Assembly: GCA_012515595.1 (NCBI GenBank)
Contig: JAAYYA010000205.1
Location: forward strand, 1-63,705
Length of the DNA: 63,705 bases
Source of the DNA: Actinomycetales bacterium
GTDB lineage: Bacteria > Actinomycetota > Actinomycetes > Actinomycetales > Dermatophilaceae
Direction: 5' to 3'
The position numbers were made by a program, and so were the translations under genes. Positions 8,976-19,958 of the stretch are shown in pieces (position 1 is the stretch's first letter; each line of letters starts with the position of its first letter). Below the pieces are notes generated by a model that was not told the DNA's origin, ran no database searches, and saw nothing but the letters and a program-made list of their open reading frames with translations.

Positions 8976-9686
8976 TCACTCGGCGGAGGCCACCGTGCTG
9001 GAGACGCGCGACGGGTCGACCGGGATGCCCGGGCCCATCGTGGTGCTCACGGTCGCCTTGGTCACGTAGCGGCCCTTGGAGGAGGCCGGCTTCAGCCGCA
9101 GCACCTCGTCGATGGCGGCGCTGTAGTTCTGCACCAGCTTGTCGGCGTCGAACGAGGTCTTGCCGATGATGAAGTGCAGGTTGGCGTGCTTGTCGACGCG
9201 GAACTCGATCTTGCCACCCTTGATGTCGCTGACGGCCTTGGCGGTGTCCATCGTGACGGTGCCGGTCTTCGGGTTCGGCATCAGGCCGCGGGGGCCCAGC
9301 ACCTTGCCCAGACGACCGACCTTGCCCATCAGGTCCGGGGTGGCGACGACGGCGTCGAAGTCGAGCCAGCCACCGGCGACCTTCTCGAGCAGGTCGTCGG
9401 ACCCGACGTGGTCGGCGCCGGCCTCACGGGCGGCCTCGGCCTTGTCGCCGTTGGCGAAGACCAGGACGCGGGCGGTCTTGCCCGTGCCGTTGGGCAGGTT
9501 GACCGTGCCGCGGACCAGCTGGTCGGCCTTGCGGGGGTCGACGCCGAGCCGCAGGGCGACCTCGACGGTCGCGTCGTACTTGGTGGTCGAGGTCTCCTTG
9601 GCCAGGGTGATGGCCTCGACGGGGGTGTAGAACTTGCCGTCCTCGATCTTCTCGGCGGCGGCGGTGTAGGCCTTGCTGCGCTTCAT
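8976..9686 (-). CDS. rplA: 50S ribosomal protein L1
   Basis: MKRSKAY...[24 protein letters not shown]...[16 protein letters not shown]. Confidence 0.98.
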   Translation of the reverse strand: MKRSKAYTAAAEKIEDGKFYTPVEAITLAKETSTTKYDATVEVALRLGVDPRKADQLVRGTVNLPNGTGKTARVLVFANGDKAEAAREAGADHVGSDDLLEKVAGGWLDFDAVVATPDLMGKVGRLGKVLGPRGLMPNPKTGTVTMDTAKAVSDIKGGKIEFRVDKHANLHFIIGKTSFDADKLVQNYSAAIDEVLRLKPASSKGRYVTKATVSTTMGPGIPVDPSRVSSTVASAE

Positions 9687-9710
9687 GTCTGCTCCTTGGA
9701 AAGGGGTGGA

Positions 9711-9747
9711 GTTGTGGTCTGCGGACCAGCGCGGGTCCTGCCACGTG
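9711..9747 (-). promoter_or_regulatory. Putative L1-binding regulatory RNA site upstream of rplA
   Basis: GTGGCAGGACC...GGTCCGCAGACCAC stem with asymmetric internal loop just upstream of the rplA RBS. Confidence 0.5.
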
Positions 9748-9838
9748 AGGGCGAGGCCCTCGGGAGTATGCCGGAGGGTCACCTCCGGCGGTGAGGTCCG
9801 GTCCCCGACGGGTCGGGGCCGGCCTCGGTGGTCGGGGC

Positions 9839-10270
9839 TCAGGCCTCGACGGTGATGCCCATCGACCGGGCGGTGCCGGCGATGATCTTGGCGGCCTGGT
9901 CGATGTCGTTGGCGTTCAGGTCGGCCATCTTGGTCTCGGCGATCTCGCGCACCTGGGCCTGGGTCAGCTTGGCGACCTTGGTCTTGTGCGGCTCACCGGA
10001 GCCCTTGGCGACGCCCGCGGCCTTCTTGATCAGCTCGGCGGCCGGCGGGGTCTTGGTGATGAACGTGAACGAGCGGTCCTCGTAGACCGTGATCTCGACC
10101 GGGATGACGTTGCCACGCTGGGACTCCGTCGCGGCGTTGTAGGCCTTGACGAACTCCATGATGTTGACGCCGTGCTGACCGAGCGCGGGGCCGACCGGCG
10201 GAGCCGGGGTGGCCGCACCGGCCTGGATCTGCAGCTTGATGAAGCCGGAGACCTTCTTCTTGGGGGGCAT
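9839..10270 (-). CDS. rplK: 50S ribosomal protein L11
   Basis: [30 protein letters not shown]...[10 protein letters not shown]. Confidence 0.98.
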   Translation of the reverse strand: MPPKKKVSGFIKLQIQAGAATPAPPVGPALGQHGVNIMEFVKAYNAATESQRGNVIPVEITVYEDRSFTFITKTPPAAELIKKAAGVAKGSGEPHKTKVAKLTQAQVREIAETKMADLNANDIDQAAKIIAGTARSMGITVEA

Positions 10271-10336
10271 AGCTGTTCCTTCTGGGTTGTGGGCCCACGC
10301 CTAGGGGCGATGACCCGGTTGCAGTGTCCCGAGCGA

Positions 10337-11179
10337 TCAGATCTTGGCGACCTGGTTGAACGAGAGCTCGACCGGGGTCTCCCGGCCGAAGATGGAGACG
10401 AGCACCTTGAGCTTCTGGCTCTCGGGGATGATCTCCGAGATCGTGGCGGGCAGGGTCTCGAAGGGGCCCTCCATGACGGTGACCGACTCGCCGATCTCGA
10501 AGTCGACCTCGGCCGGGGAGGTGCGGGCGGCCGGCGTGGCCGCGCCCTTGGCGGCGCCCTCGCCCGCGGCGTCACCGGACTCCGGGGTGTCGAAGACGGG
10601 GGCCAGCATGGTGATGACCTCGTCGATGCTCAACGGCACCGGCTGGTGGGCGTTGCCGACGAAGCCGGTGACCCCCGGGGTGTGCCGGACCGCGCCCCAC
10701 GACTCGTCGGTCAGGTCCATCCGGACCAGGACGTAGCCGGGCATCCGCACCCGGCGGACCTGCTTGCGCACGCCGGACTTGATCTCGGTAACCTCCTCCA
10801 TCGGCACCTCGACCTGGAAGATGTAGTCCTCCATGTTGAGGCTCGTGGCGCGGGTCTCGAGGTTGACCTTCACCCGGTTCTCGTAGCCGGCGTAGGAGTG
10901 GATGACGTACCAGTCGCCGAACTGGGAGGCCAGGGTGGAGCGGAACTCCTCCATCGGGTCCACGGCGGGCTCGTCCTCCGCGCCCTCGTCCTCGGCGGCC
11001 TCACCCTCGGCGGCCGCATCCTCGGCGGCCGCGTCCTCGGACTCGGCCGGCGCCTCGGTGACGGCGTCCTGCGCAACCGGCGCCTCGGCATACTCCTCGG
11101 CGGCACCGTCGGCGTCGAGGGTCGCGTCAGCCGCGTCAACCTCGGGCGCCTCGTCGGCGTTCGTCCACTGTTCGGACAT
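10337..11179 (-). CDS. nusG: Transcription termination/antitermination factor NusG
   Basis: [35 protein letters not shown] and KOW domain ending [17 protein letters not shown]. Confidence 0.97.
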   Translation of the reverse strand: MSEQWTNADEAPEVDAADATLDADGAAEEYAEAPVAQDAVTEAPAESEDAAAEDAAAEGEAAEDEGAEDEPAVDPMEEFRSTLASQFGDWYVIHSYAGYENRVKVNLETRATSLNMEDYIFQVEVPMEEVTEIKSGVRKQVRRVRMPGYVLVRMDLTDESWGAVRHTPGVTGFVGNAHQPVPLSIDEVITMLAPVFDTPESGDAAGEGAAKGAATPAARTSPAEVDFEIGESVTVMEGPFETLPATISEIIPESQKLKVLVSIFGRETPVELSFNQVAKI

Positions 11180-11258
11180 GACTACTTCCTCACTACTGTC
11201 GGGCGGGTGGCCGCGCGCGGCCGGTGGCGGTCTGCTGCGACCACGCGGATGGGGCTGG

Positions 11259-11507
11259 TCAGCCGCCGAAGACGAACTCGACGGCGCGGGTGAAGATCTG
11301 GTCCAGACCGATGACGTAGCCCATCACGATCAGCACGAACACCAGCACGACGATCGTGTAGACGATCAGCTCACGCTGGGTCGGCCGGTGCACCTTGCGC
11401 AGTTCGGCCATGACCTGGGCCACGTAGGTGCTGGGACGGGGCGGTGCTCCGGCCGGCGCGTGGCCGCGGTCGACACCCTGGGTGCCGCGGGCGCTTGTCT
11501 CAGACAC
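11259..11507 (-). CDS. secE: Preprotein translocase subunit SecE
   Basis: [13 protein letters not shown] followed by one TM helix; lies between tRNA-Trp and nusG. Confidence 0.93.
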   Translation of the reverse strand: MSETSARGTQGVDRGHAPAGAPPRPSTYVAQVMAELRKVHRPTQRELIVYTIVVLVFVLIVMGYVIGLDQIFTRAVEFVFGG

Positions 11508-11559
11508 GGACTACCTTTCTCACACTTCATCGTCGGACGACCTGCATGGTCGCGTCGCG

Positions 11560-11632
11560 CAGGGCACGAGGGACTCGAACCCCCAACCGCTGGTTTTGGA
11601 GACCAGTGCTCTACCAATTGAGCTAGTGCCCT
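11560..11632 (-). tRNA. tRNA-Trp (CCA)
   Basis: AGGGCACTAGCTCAATTGGTAGAGCA-CTGGT-CT-CCA-AA-ACCAG...GGTTCGAGTCC...GTGCCCTG cloverleaf. Confidence 0.96.
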
Positions 11633-11798
11633 AGATGGCGCCGGGGCCCGGTGGGCAGGCTCCAGCATGGGATGCGTCAACATCCGAGGGGCAAGTCTAC
11701 GCGATCAGACCGGCCGGTGCTAACCAGCCGACGGACGACCGCTCGACGGAGCCCGACTACCGGACTGGCGCTGCCGCCGCGGGTGGTTGAATGGCACG

Positions 11799-13007
11799 GT
11801 GACCGAGCGCACCCACACCTCCCGCATCTCCGCCCGCATCGGCTCCATCGCCGAGTCCGCCACCCTGGCCGTCGACGCCAAGGCCAAGGCGCTCAAGGCC
11901 CAGGGCCGCCCGGTGATCGGGTTCGGCGCCGGGGAACCGGACTTCCCCACGCCCGACTACATCGTCGCCGCCGCGGTGGCCGCAGCCCAGGACCCGGTGA
12001 ACCACCGCTACTCCCCCGCCGGCGGCCTGCCCGACCTGAAGGCGGCGATCGTCGCCAAGACCCAGCGGGACAGCCAGTATGCCGTGGAGCCGGCCAACGT
12101 GCTGGTCACCAACGGCGGCAAGCAGGCGGTGTACAACACCTTCGCGACCCTGCTCGACCCGGGCGACGAGGTGCTGCTGCCGACGCCGTACTGGACGACC
12201 TATCCGGAGGCGATCCGCCTGGCCGGCGGCGTCCCGGTCGACGTCTTCGCCGGCGCCGACCAGGGTTACCTCGTGTCGGTGGACCAGCTTGAGGCGGCCC
12301 GCACCGACCGCACGAAGGTGCTCCTGTTCTGCTCGCCCTCCAACCCGACGGGCGCCGTGTACTCCCCGGAGCAGGTCGAGGCGATCGGCCGGTGGGCGCT
12401 CGAGCACGGTGTCTGGGTGGTGACGGACGAGATCTACGAACACCTGCTCTACGACGGTGCCGCTGCCCCGTCGATGCCGGTGGTCGTGCCGGAGCTGGCC
12501 GACACCTGCGTCGTGCTCAACGGCGTCGCCAAGACCTACGCCATGACCGGGTGGCGCGTGGGCTGGATGATCGGCCCGAAGGACGTGGTCAAGGCCGCCA
12601 CCAACCTGCAGTCGCACGCGACCTCCAACGTCGCCAACGTCTCGCAACGGGCCGCGATCGCCGCGCTGCAGGGGTCGCTGGAGGCCGTCGACGAGATGCG
12701 CACCGCCTTCGACCGGCGCCGGCAGACGATCGTCGCGATGCTCAACGAGATCGAGGGCGTGACCTGCCCGACCCCGCAGGGCGCGTTCTACGCCTACCCG
12801 AGCGTCGCCGGCGTGCTCGGCCGCACCATCCGCGGCCGCACCCCGCAGACCTCCGCCGAGCTCGCCGAGCTGATCCTCGACGAGGTGGAGGTGGCGGTCG
12901 TGCCCGGCGAGGCGTTCGGCCCCTCGGGCTACCTGCGGCTCTCGTACGCCCTGGGCGACAACGACCTCGCCGAGGGCGTCGGCCGCATCCAGGAGCTCCT
13001 GCGCTGA
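11799..13007 (+). CDS. PLP-dependent class I/II aminotransferase (aspartate aminotransferase-like)
   Basis: [37 protein letters not shown]; start taken at GTG 11799. Confidence 0.92.
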   Translation: MTERTHTSRISARIGSIAESATLAVDAKAKALKAQGRPVIGFGAGEPDFPTPDYIVAAAVAAAQDPVNHRYSPAGGLPDLKAAIVAKTQRDSQYAVEPANVLVTNGGKQAVYNTFATLLDPGDEVLLPTPYWTTYPEAIRLAGGVPVDVFAGADQGYLVSVDQLEAARTDRTKVLLFCSPSNPTGAVYSPEQVEAIGRWALEHGVWVVTDEIYEHLLYDGAAAPSMPVVVPELADTCVVLNGVAKTYAMTGWRVGWMIGPKDVVKAATNLQSHATSNVANVSQRAAIAALQGSLEAVDEMRTAFDRRRQTIVAMLNEIEGVTCPTPQGAFYAYPSVAGVLGRTIRGRTPQTSAELAELILDEVEVAVVPGEAFGPSGYLRLSYALGDNDLAEGVGRIQELLR

Positions 13008-13099
13008 CCCCACAAAAAATGTAGGGGTTTCGCACACCCTCCACACATTTTCGTAGTGGTTTCGTCGGTCCTCCACGCCTTATCGCAGGGGTATTGCAC
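13008..13099 (+). repeat. Family B 32-bp array, 3 units (box YAGKGGTTTTGC)
   Basis: Boxes at about 13022, 13054, 13086; begins with CCCC immediately after the aminotransferase stop. Confidence 0.85.
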
Positions 13100-13301
13100 C
13101 TGCTCCTGGTCTCCCTGCGCGGGCACCCACAGAGCCCCAGGCCCGCCACTGCCTGACACGAGCCTGTCCCCCTCACGTGAGCAACGGCATACGTCCAGAA
13201 CTGGCTTCTCCTACGCTTTGTAGTAGATAATGGGAGTGCCCGGGCCGTCTTGTCCGGGCAGTCCCGGACATCTCCGTCCGGGGACACGACGGGAGGTAGA
13301 C

Positions 13302-14042
13302 ATGGCACGCTTTGACGGCAGGGTCGCGATCGTGACGGGTGGTTCCAGCGGCATCGGGAAGGCCACCGTGCTGCAGTTGGCCCGCGAGGGCTGCGCCGTC
13401 GTGGTCGCCGACGTCCAGGACGAGCTGGGGACCGAGGTCGCCCAGGAGGTGACCGCCGCCGGCGGGCGCGCGACATACGCCCACCTCGACGTGGCCGACG
13501 AGGCCAACTGGACCTCGGTGGTCGAGCAGACCATCGCCGACCACGGGCGCCTCGACATCCTGGTCAACAACGCGGGCATCGGTGACGACGAGCCGATCGA
13601 GGTCACCAGCACGCAGACCTGGGACAAGGTCGTGGCGGTCACCCAGACCAGCGTCTTCCTGGGCATGCGGGCCGCGGCGGAGGCGCTGAAGGCCTCCGGG
13701 CACGGCTCGGTGGTCAACGTCTCCTCGATGTTCGGCATCGTCGGCGGCTTCGGCACCGGCCCGGCCTACCACTCGGCCAAGGGCGCCGTGCGGCTGCTGT
13801 CCAAGAGCGCCGCGCTGGGTTGGGCGACCGAGGGCGTGCGGGTCAACTCGGTGCACCCCGGGTTCATCGAGACCCCCATCCTGGGTGAGACCGACCGCGC
13901 GATGCTGGCCGGTGCCACCCCGATGGGCCGGCTGGGCACGCCGGAGGAGGTGGCGGCGCTGATCGTCTTCCTCGCCAGCGACGAGGCCGGCTTCGTCACC
14001 GGGGCCGAGTTCGTCGTGGACGGTGGCTACACCGCACGGTGA
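13302..14042 (+). CDS. SDR family oxidoreductase
   Basis: TGGSSGIG, NNAG, YHSAK, VNSVHPG, VDGG; RBS GGGAGG. Confidence 0.92.
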   Translation: MARFDGRVAIVTGGSSGIGKATVLQLAREGCAVVVADVQDELGTEVAQEVTAAGGRATYAHLDVADEANWTSVVEQTIADHGRLDILVNNAGIGDDEPIEVTSTQTWDKVVAVTQTSVFLGMRAAAEALKASGHGSVVNVSSMFGIVGGFGTGPAYHSAKGAVRLLSKSAALGWATEGVRVNSVHPGFIETPILGETDRAMLAGATPMGRLGTPEEVAALIVFLASDEAGFVTGAEFVVDGGYTAR

Positions 14043-14100
14043 GCGACCCACAGAGCTGCTGATCCCGGTCACCGCCTCGCGCTCGGCGGGTGGCCGGGGT

Positions 14101-14191
14101 CAGCGAAACCCCTGCAAAAAGACGGGATGGGGCAGCAAAACCCCTGAGAGAAGACGGGATCGAGCAGCAAAACCCCTGAACTTTTGGGGGG
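14101..14191 (-). repeat. Family B 32-bp array, 3 units
   Basis: CAGCRAAACCCCTG at 14101, 14133, 14165; begins with CCCCCC immediately after the permease TAA on the minus strand. Confidence 0.88.
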
Positions 14192-14914
14192 TTACTCGTC
14201 GCCGCGGAGCTGGAACCGGGACAGCCGGCGCCCCGCGACGTAGCAGCCGGCAGCGAGCACGACGAGGCTCGCGATCCACGCGTAGCCGAGCGGCAGGTTG
14301 CCGGCGATCGGCTCGAGCGCGCTGTCCAGCGAACCGGCGATCCTGCGACCGAAGGCGGATACGCTCAGGTAGCGCAGCCCGGCGAGCCACGAGGCGAGCA
14401 GCCCCTCGAAGACCAGGACGTAGATCAGCCCGACCACCATCCCGTGGCGGCTGATCGCCGAGAGCATGACGAAGGCCGCGCAGTATGCCGTGCCCGCCAC
14501 GGCCGCGCCGATCCCCACCGCGAGCGCCTGGCCGGGTTCAGAGGGTTCGAGGATCAGTCCCGCGACGACGAGCGACCCGGCGCCGAGGACGACCGTGACC
14601 ACCACGGCGACGAGCAGCTTGCTCAGGGCCACGACATAGCGCGAGATGGGCTTGGAGAGCAGGTAGACGATCGAGCCGTCGTCGATCTCCGGGCCCAGGA
14701 CGCCGGTGGTGACCAGCAGGGCGACGAGCGGGAGCACCAGCCCGAGCCCGAACACGACGAGCACCGGCTCGAAGGCGCCGCCGGTCTCTCCCCCGCTGAG
14801 CACCCGCACCAGCACGGCCAGCCCGATCTGCAGCAGCGGCAGGGCGATGAGCACCCACCACCGCTTCTGGCCGAAGAGGGACTGGAGCGCCAGCCGCGAG
14901 ATCGTGGCGTTCAT
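14192..14914 (-). CDS. ABC-2 type transporter permease
   Basis: Multiple TM segments; EIDDGSIVYLLSKPISR motif; ATGA overlap with upstream ATPase. Confidence 0.88.
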   Translation of the reverse strand: MNATISRLALQSLFGQKRWWVLIALPLLQIGLAVLVRVLSGGETGGAFEPVLVVFGLGLVLPLVALLVTTGVLGPEIDDGSIVYLLSKPISRYVVALSKLLVAVVVTVVLGAGSLVVAGLILEPSEPGQALAVGIGAAVAGTAYCAAFVMLSAISRHGMVVGLIYVLVFEGLLASWLAGLRYLSVSAFGRRIAGSLDSALEPIAGNLPLGYAWIASLVVLAAGCYVAGRRLSRFQLRGDE

Positions 14915-15825
14915 GCGGACACCAGGTAGGCGAAGACCGACTCCAGCGACTCGTCGGTGGGGGTGACCTCGCGCAGGCTGATCCGGTGCTCCTGGGCCAG
15001 TCGCGGTATGGCGAGCGCGAACGCCCCGAAGTCGGTCACCTGCACCTGCACGCCTCCCCGTGGCTCGAGCTGGACCCCGGACACGCTGTCGGCCCCCATG
15101 AGGACGGTCGCCAGGCGGCGGTCGTCGCTGCTGCGTACTAAGTAGACATTGGGGCGGTCGGTCATCAGCCGCCGGATCGCCCCGAAGTCGCCGGACGCGG
15201 CGTGCCGGCCCGAGACGACGACCTCGATGTGCCGGGCGATCTGCTCGACCTCCTCCAGGATGTGCGAGCTGAACAGCACGGTGCGGCCTTCTCCCCCCAT
15301 CCGGGTCAGCAGCTCCATCAGGTGCATCCGCTGGCGCGGGTCGACACCGTTGAAGGGCTCGTCCAGCAGCAGCACCGACGGGTCGTGCACGAGGGCGGCG
15401 GCCAGCTTGATGCGCTGGCGCATCCCCTTGGAGTAGGTGCTGATCAGCCGGTCGGCGGGTTCGGCCATCTCGACGATGTCGAGCGCGCGGTCCGTGGCCG
15501 CCCCGGGCGCGGACAGCTTGTGCAGCTCGGCGTTGGCCCGGACGAACTGCCGCCCGGACAGGTAGCCGAAACTGGCCTCCCGCTCCGGCACCAGGCCGAT
15601 CGAGCGGTAGATCGAGACGTTGGCCCACACCGGGTCGCCGTCGAGGGTCACCGTGCCCGCCGAGGGGGCCAGGAACCCGGACATCATCGCGATGAGCGTG
15701 GTCTTGCCGGCCCCGTTGGGGCCCAGCAGGCCGGTGACACCCGGACCGATGCGCATCGAGACGTCGTTGACCGCGACGACGTTGCCGTACCAGCGGGAGG
15801 TGTTGGCCAGCTCCAGGACGCTCAT
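14911..15825 (-). CDS. ABC transporter ATP-binding protein
   Basis: GPNGAGKT, YSKGMRQR, LLLDEP, SSH. Confidence 0.93.
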   Translation of the reverse strand: MSVLELANTSRWYGNVVAVNDVSMRIGPGVTGLLGPNGAGKTTLIAMMSGFLAPSAGTVTLDGDPVWANVSIYRSIGLVPEREASFGYLSGRQFVRANAELHKLSAPGAATDRALDIVEMAEPADRLISTYSKGMRQRIKLAAALVHDPSVLLLDEPFNGVDPRQRMHLMELLTRMGGEGRTVLFSSHILEEVEQIARHIEVVVSGRHAASGDFGAIRRLMTDRPNVYLVRSSDDRRLATVLMGADSVSGVQLEPRGGVQVQVTDFGAFALAIPRLAQEHRISLREVTPTDESLESVFAYLVSA

Positions 15826-16718
15826 CGGCCCGCCTGCTTCCGGTAGTAGCGGACGAGCAGCCACAACCCCGCAGCGACGACCGCCAGGCAGACCACCAGG
15901 TAGAGCAGCCCCCAGCCGGTCGTGTCCGGCGGGACCATGAACGAGCTCTGCCCGCCCAGGAGCTCGGCCTGGACGCCGTCGACCAGGGAGAACGGCGACA
16001 GGAGCCCGACGACCAGCCCGGCCGTCTCGTTGCCCTGCTGGGAGGTGATCGCCTGCACGGCGGACACGACACCGGTGCTCACCAGCAGCGCGATGATCGT
16101 GACGCCGACCGCCAGGCCCCGGCGCCGGGTGTGCGCGGCGACCAGGCCGGACAGTGTGGCCAGGACCGCGGACAGCAAGACGATGCCGACCATCGCGGCC
16201 AGGTAGTCCCCGGTGTGCTCGGAGACGTCCGCCTCGGCGGTGAGCGCCCCGACATACAGCACGGTGACCGGCAACCCGATGAAGACGAGGATCGCCACGA
16301 AGAGCGAGGCCCAGCGCACCAGGGCGTAGGACGTCGCCGGCAGGGGGCGCGCGAGATAGAGGGAGATCGCCCCGGAGCGCAGGTCGCGCGAGAACAGGAC
16401 GGGCGCCTGCGCCGCGACGAAGATGACGATGACCAGCATCAGGGTGACCGGGTAGGAGCCGTAGTCCAGGAAGCCCTCGGTCAGCCCCAGGGTGACCATC
16501 ACCGCGACCATGATCGCGGCGGGCACGAGCATCATCGCCAGCAGGGTCATCGGCAGGCCCTTGGCGCGGCCGGAGCGGCCGATGCCGTAGGCGTTGAGCA
16601 GCCCGGTGACGAACAGCGAGCGGGCCGCCGCGCCGGTGCCCAGCCGGGGCCCGGTGTAGGGCCGGTAGCCGATGTCGTGGATGACCCCGGAGCGGGGTCC
16701 CTCAGTGGGCTGCGCCAT
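15822..16718 (-). CDS. ABC-2 type transporter permease
   Basis: About six TM segments; DLRSGAISLYLARP motif. Confidence 0.88.
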   Translation of the reverse strand: MAQPTEGPRSGVIHDIGYRPYTGPRLGTGAAARSLFVTGLLNAYGIGRSGRAKGLPMTLLAMMLVPAAIMVAVMVTLGLTEGFLDYGSYPVTLMLVIVIFVAAQAPVLFSRDLRSGAISLYLARPLPATSYALVRWASLFVAILVFIGLPVTVLYVGALTAEADVSEHTGDYLAAMVGIVLLSAVLATLSGLVAAHTRRRGLAVGVTIIALLVSTGVVSAVQAITSQQGNETAGLVVGLLSPFSLVDGVQAELLGGQSSFMVPPDTTGWGLLYLVVCLAVVAAGLWLLVRYYRKQAGR

Positions 16719-17631
16719 GACCGGCCCCCTCCCGGAAGACGTCCTCGATGCGGCGGTGGTCGGCCGCGAGCCGCACCAGTCCCACCCCGACCTCGACCGC
16801 GGTGTCGCGGATCAGGTCGTGCAGGTCGGCCCGCCCGGGGGCGTTGATCTCGATGAGCTGACCGCGCGGCCGGCACGGGATGCCGTGGGCCGCGAGCCGC
16901 TCCCCCATCGCGGTCTGCGCGTCCCCGTCGCCGAGCACCTCCACGAGCAGCAGCCCGGTGTCGGAGGTGAACTCGGTCGTGGCGGAGGACCGCAGCAGCC
17001 GGCCGCCGTCCAGGACCACCACGTGGTCGCTCACCCGCTCGAGCTCGCCGAGCAGGTGGGAGGTGACCAGGACCGAGATGCCGAACTCGCGGCCGATCTT
17101 GCTGACCAGCGCGAGCATGTCGTCCCGGGCGGCCGGGTCCAGGCCGTTGGTCGGCTCGTCCAGGAAGACCAGCCGCGGGTCGTGGACCAGGGCCTGGGCC
17201 AGCTTGGCGCGCTGCTTCATGCCCGTGGAGTAGCCACCCATCAGCCGGTAGCGCTCCTCGGCCAGGCCGACGTGCCGCAGCACGTCCGCCGCACGCTCCC
17301 GCGCCGCGGTCGGCGGCAGGCCCGACATGCGGGCCATGTGCACCACGAAGTCGATGGCCCGCACGTCCGGGGGCAGGCAGTCGTGCTCGGGCATGTAGCC
17401 CACCAGCGTCCGGATCTGGGCGCCCTCGGCGCGGATGTCGTGGCCGAACACCTGCGCCGTCCCCTGGGTGGCGCCGAGCAGGCCGAGCAGGATCTTGATG
17501 AGGGTGGACTTGCCGGCCCCGTTGGCCCCGACCAGGCCGGTCACGCCGTCGTCGAGCACCAGGTCCAGGCCCTCGAGGGCAGTCACCTGCCCGTAGCGCT
17601 TGGTGAGACCCTGGGTCTCGATAATCCCCAC
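16702..17631 (-). CDS. ABC transporter ATP-binding protein
   Basis: GANGAGKS, YSTGMKQR, FLDEP; GTG start 7 nt after TAGGTT. Confidence 0.92.
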   Translation of the reverse strand: MGIIETQGLTKRYGQVTALEGLDLVLDDGVTGLVGANGAGKSTLIKILLGLLGATQGTAQVFGHDIRAEGAQIRTLVGYMPEHDCLPPDVRAIDFVVHMARMSGLPPTAARERAADVLRHVGLAEERYRLMGGYSTGMKQRAKLAQALVHDPRLVFLDEPTNGLDPAARDDMLALVSKIGREFGISVLVTSHLLGELERVSDHVVVLDGGRLLRSSATTEFTSDTGLLLVEVLGDGDAQTAMGERLAAHGIPCRPRGQLIEINAPGRADLHDLIRDTAVEVGVGLVRLAADHRRIEDVFREGAGHGAAH

Positions 17632-17751
17632 GGGTGACAACCTACCGCGCACCGGTTGTCGAGATGTAGCGAAGGTTGCGCAGACACGCTGCGCGGGGCC
17701 AGGCGGCGTGGCCCCACGTGCACGACGCCGGCCTGCTGCGAGACTCGCGCT

Positions 17752-18204
17752 GTGCGGATCCGACAGGCAACCATCGCCGACGTCGAGGGCTTGGCCAGAC
17801 TGCTCTGGTTGGACACCCTGGCCGAAGATCCCGATCCAGGGTCGGTCACCGCCTTCGCGACGGACCTCACCACCTGGTGGGCTGGCCATCAGGACACCCA
17901 TTTCGGGTTCATCGCGCAGCATGGCGAGCAGGACATCGTCGGGATGGCCTGGGTCGCGTTGCTCGCCCGGATTCCCCGCCCCGGCGCCACGTGCCGGGCC
18001 TGCGCGGACATCCAGACGGTTTACGTCGAGCCGCAGCATCGCGGTCGAGGCATCGACTCAGCACTTGTCAACGCAGCTGCTGGCCACGCGGAACACGCCG
18101 GGGCTGTACGGGTGACTGTCCACTCCGGCCGAGCAGCGGTGGCGATGTACGAACGGCTCGGCTTTGCATCGACTCGCCAACTGCTTCAGCGGACCCACCG
18201 CTGA
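17752..18204 (+). CDS. GNAT family N-acetyltransferase
   Basis: VRIRQATIAD...VYVEPQHRGRGI...MYERLGF acetyl-CoA binding motifs. Confidence 0.82.
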   Translation: MRIRQATIADVEGLARLLWLDTLAEDPDPGSVTAFATDLTTWWAGHQDTHFGFIAQHGEQDIVGMAWVALLARIPRPGATCRACADIQTVYVEPQHRGRGIDSALVNAAAGHAEHAGAVRVTVHSGRAAVAMYERLGFASTRQLLQRTHR

Positions 18205-18395
18205 GCGCACCAAAGGCAGCCCGTCCGATCGCTGCTCCTGGCGGCGTAGGCGTCCAGAGCCGGGATGTTCCGACGTCAGGGCACACGGCTGGCCCGAACC
18301 GCCGGCATCAGCCCCAACGAAACCGGCACGTGTCCGGAAACTACTCATCCGCCGTGCGGATCGTGGGTAGAACCCGTGCACCGGCCGGGCGCCAT

Positions 18396-18459
18396 GCGCC
18401 GACTATGCCGACTCTTGACGCGTTCCCGCGAGCGACGGTCAACAGTCGGCGCACTGGGC
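18396..18459 (+). repeat. Family D 64-bp palindromic REP-like element, copy 1
   Basis: GCGCCGA..CCGACTCTTGACGCG-N14-NGTCAACAGTCGGCGCACTGGGC; aligns without gaps to 47455-47518. Confidence 0.8.
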
Positions 18460-18486
18460 AGGCGCCGGCCCCGCGGGATCGTGCCC

Positions 18487-19272
18487 TCAGAATCCCTGCC
18501 AGGCCGGCTTGGTGAGGTAGGCCTCCCGGTAGTAGTCGCCGAGCTGGAGCCGGGCGGCCGCCGCCTGGTCGAGCAGGACCGTGACGTGCGGGTGCAGCTG
18601 CAACGCCGAGGCCGGCCAGAGCGCGCTGACCGGTCCCTCCACCAGCTGGTGGACCGCCTCGGCCTTGCCGACGCCGAGCGCGACGAGGACCAGGTGGCCG
18701 GCCTGCAGGATCGTGCCGATGCCCTGGGTCAGGCAGTGCCGCGGGACCGCGTCGGCGTCACCGCCGAAGAAGCGGGCGTTGTCGCGGCGGGTCTGGGTGG
18801 TGAGGGTCTTGAGCCGGGTGCGCGAGGCCAGGGACGACCCGGGCTCGTTGAAGGCGATGTGTCCGTCGCTGCCGACCCCCAGCAGCTGCACGTCGACCCC
18901 GCCGGCGGCGACGATCGCCAGCTCGTAGTCCGCCCCCGCCGTGGCCAGGTCGGCGGCGCAGCCGTCCGGGCCGTGCACGTTGGCCGGGTCGAGGTCGACG
19001 TGGTCGATGAAGTCCCGCCGGATCACCGACCGGTAGGACTCGGGGTGGTCGACCGGGAGGCCGACGTACTCATCGAGCAGGAAGGCCTGGCAGCCGGCCA
19101 GGCTGAGCTCCCCGCGGTCGACCCGCGCGGCCAGCTCGCGGTAGACCCGCAGCGGGCTGGACCCCGTGGCCAGCCCGAGGACCGCGCCCGCGTTGCGGGC
19201 CACGTGCTGGGCCACCGCGTCGGCGCCCACCCGACCGACCTGCTCCTCGTCGTCGAGGATCACGACCTCCAT
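18487..19272 (-). CDS. nagB: Glucosamine-6-phosphate deaminase
   Basis: LGLATGSSP, LDEYVGL, GSDGHIAFNEPGSS. Confidence 0.95.
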   Translation of the reverse strand: MEVVILDDEEQVGRVGADAVAQHVARNAGAVLGLATGSSPLRVYRELAARVDRGELSLAGCQAFLLDEYVGLPVDHPESYRSVIRRDFIDHVDLDPANVHGPDGCAADLATAGADYELAIVAAGGVDVQLLGVGSDGHIAFNEPGSSLASRTRLKTLTTQTRRDNARFFGGDADAVPRHCLTQGIGTILQAGHLVLVALGVGKAEAVHQLVEGPVSALWPASALQLHPHVTVLLDQAAAARLQLGDYYREAYLTKPAWQGF

Positions 19273-19958
19273 CAGCGCATCGCCTCCACGAACCATCGTG
19301 TCAGGGAGGTCGGATGGGTGATCGCGGTGCCCACGCACACGGCGTGCGCCCCGGCCTCCAGCGCGGCCCGTGCGTGCGCGTGCGTGTGGATGCGTCCCTC
19401 GGCGATCACGGGGTGGTCCGGCAGCTCGGCCGCGACCTGCCGGAGGAGGTCCAGGTCCGGCCCCTCGGTGCGCGGCCGCGCAGCGGTGTAGCCGGCCAGG
19501 GTGGTGCCGACCACGTCGGCCCCCGCCTCGGCCGCGGCGACGGCAGAGGCGAGGTCGTCGCAGTCGGCCATGACGAGCACGCCGCACTCCTCGTGGAGCA
19601 GCCGAACCAGGTCGGCGACGGTGCTGCCGTCCGCACGCGGCCGCAGGGTCGCGTCCACGGCGACGACGTCCGCGCCGGCATCGGCCACGGCCCGGGCGTG
19701 GCGGAGGGTGGGGGTGATGTAGACGCCCTCGTCGCCGTCCTTCCACAGCCCGATGACCGGGACGTCGACCGTGCCGTGCGTGGCGCGGACGTCATCCAGC
19801 CCCTGGAGCCGCACCGCGGCCGCACCACCCTGGACCACGGCCGCCGCGACCCGGGCCATGGTGTCCGGCGACCGCATCGGCTCCCCCGGGTAGGCCTGGC
19901 ACGAGACGATCAGCCGCCCGGCGGTCCGCTCGAGCAACGCCTCCAGCGTGATGGTCAT
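19272..19958 (-). CDS. nanE: N-acetylmannosamine-6-phosphate 2-epimerase
   Basis: LIVSCQAYPGEP, PVIGLWK, VYITPT, GTTLAGYT, IAEGRI, VGTAITHP. Confidence 0.93.
   Translation of the reverse strand: MTITLEALLERTAGRLIVSCQAYPGEPMRSPDTMARVAAAVVQGGAAAVRLQGLDDVRATHGTVDVPVIGLWKDGDEGVYITPTLRHARAVADAGADVVAVDATLRPRADGSTVADLVRLLHEECGVLVMADCDDLASAVAAAEAGADVVGTTLAGYTAARPRTEGPDLDLLRQVAAELPDHPVIAEGRIHTHAHARAALEAGAHAVCVGTAITHPTSLTRWFVEAMR

Noticed and set aside
4254-8976. Separation of rplKA from rplJL by accessory genes
   Set aside because: Frequent in Actinobacteria; only the inserted content is of interest.
10950-11179. Acidic Ala/Glu extensions on NusG (N-terminal) and L10 (C-terminal)
   Set aside because: Common in actinobacterial orthologues.
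13008-14191. 32-bp arrays as TIGR-type guide arrays
   Set aside because: Only 2-3 units per locus, dispersed, period differs from the 36 nt I recall for TIGR, and no Nop-domain gene is visible in the window.
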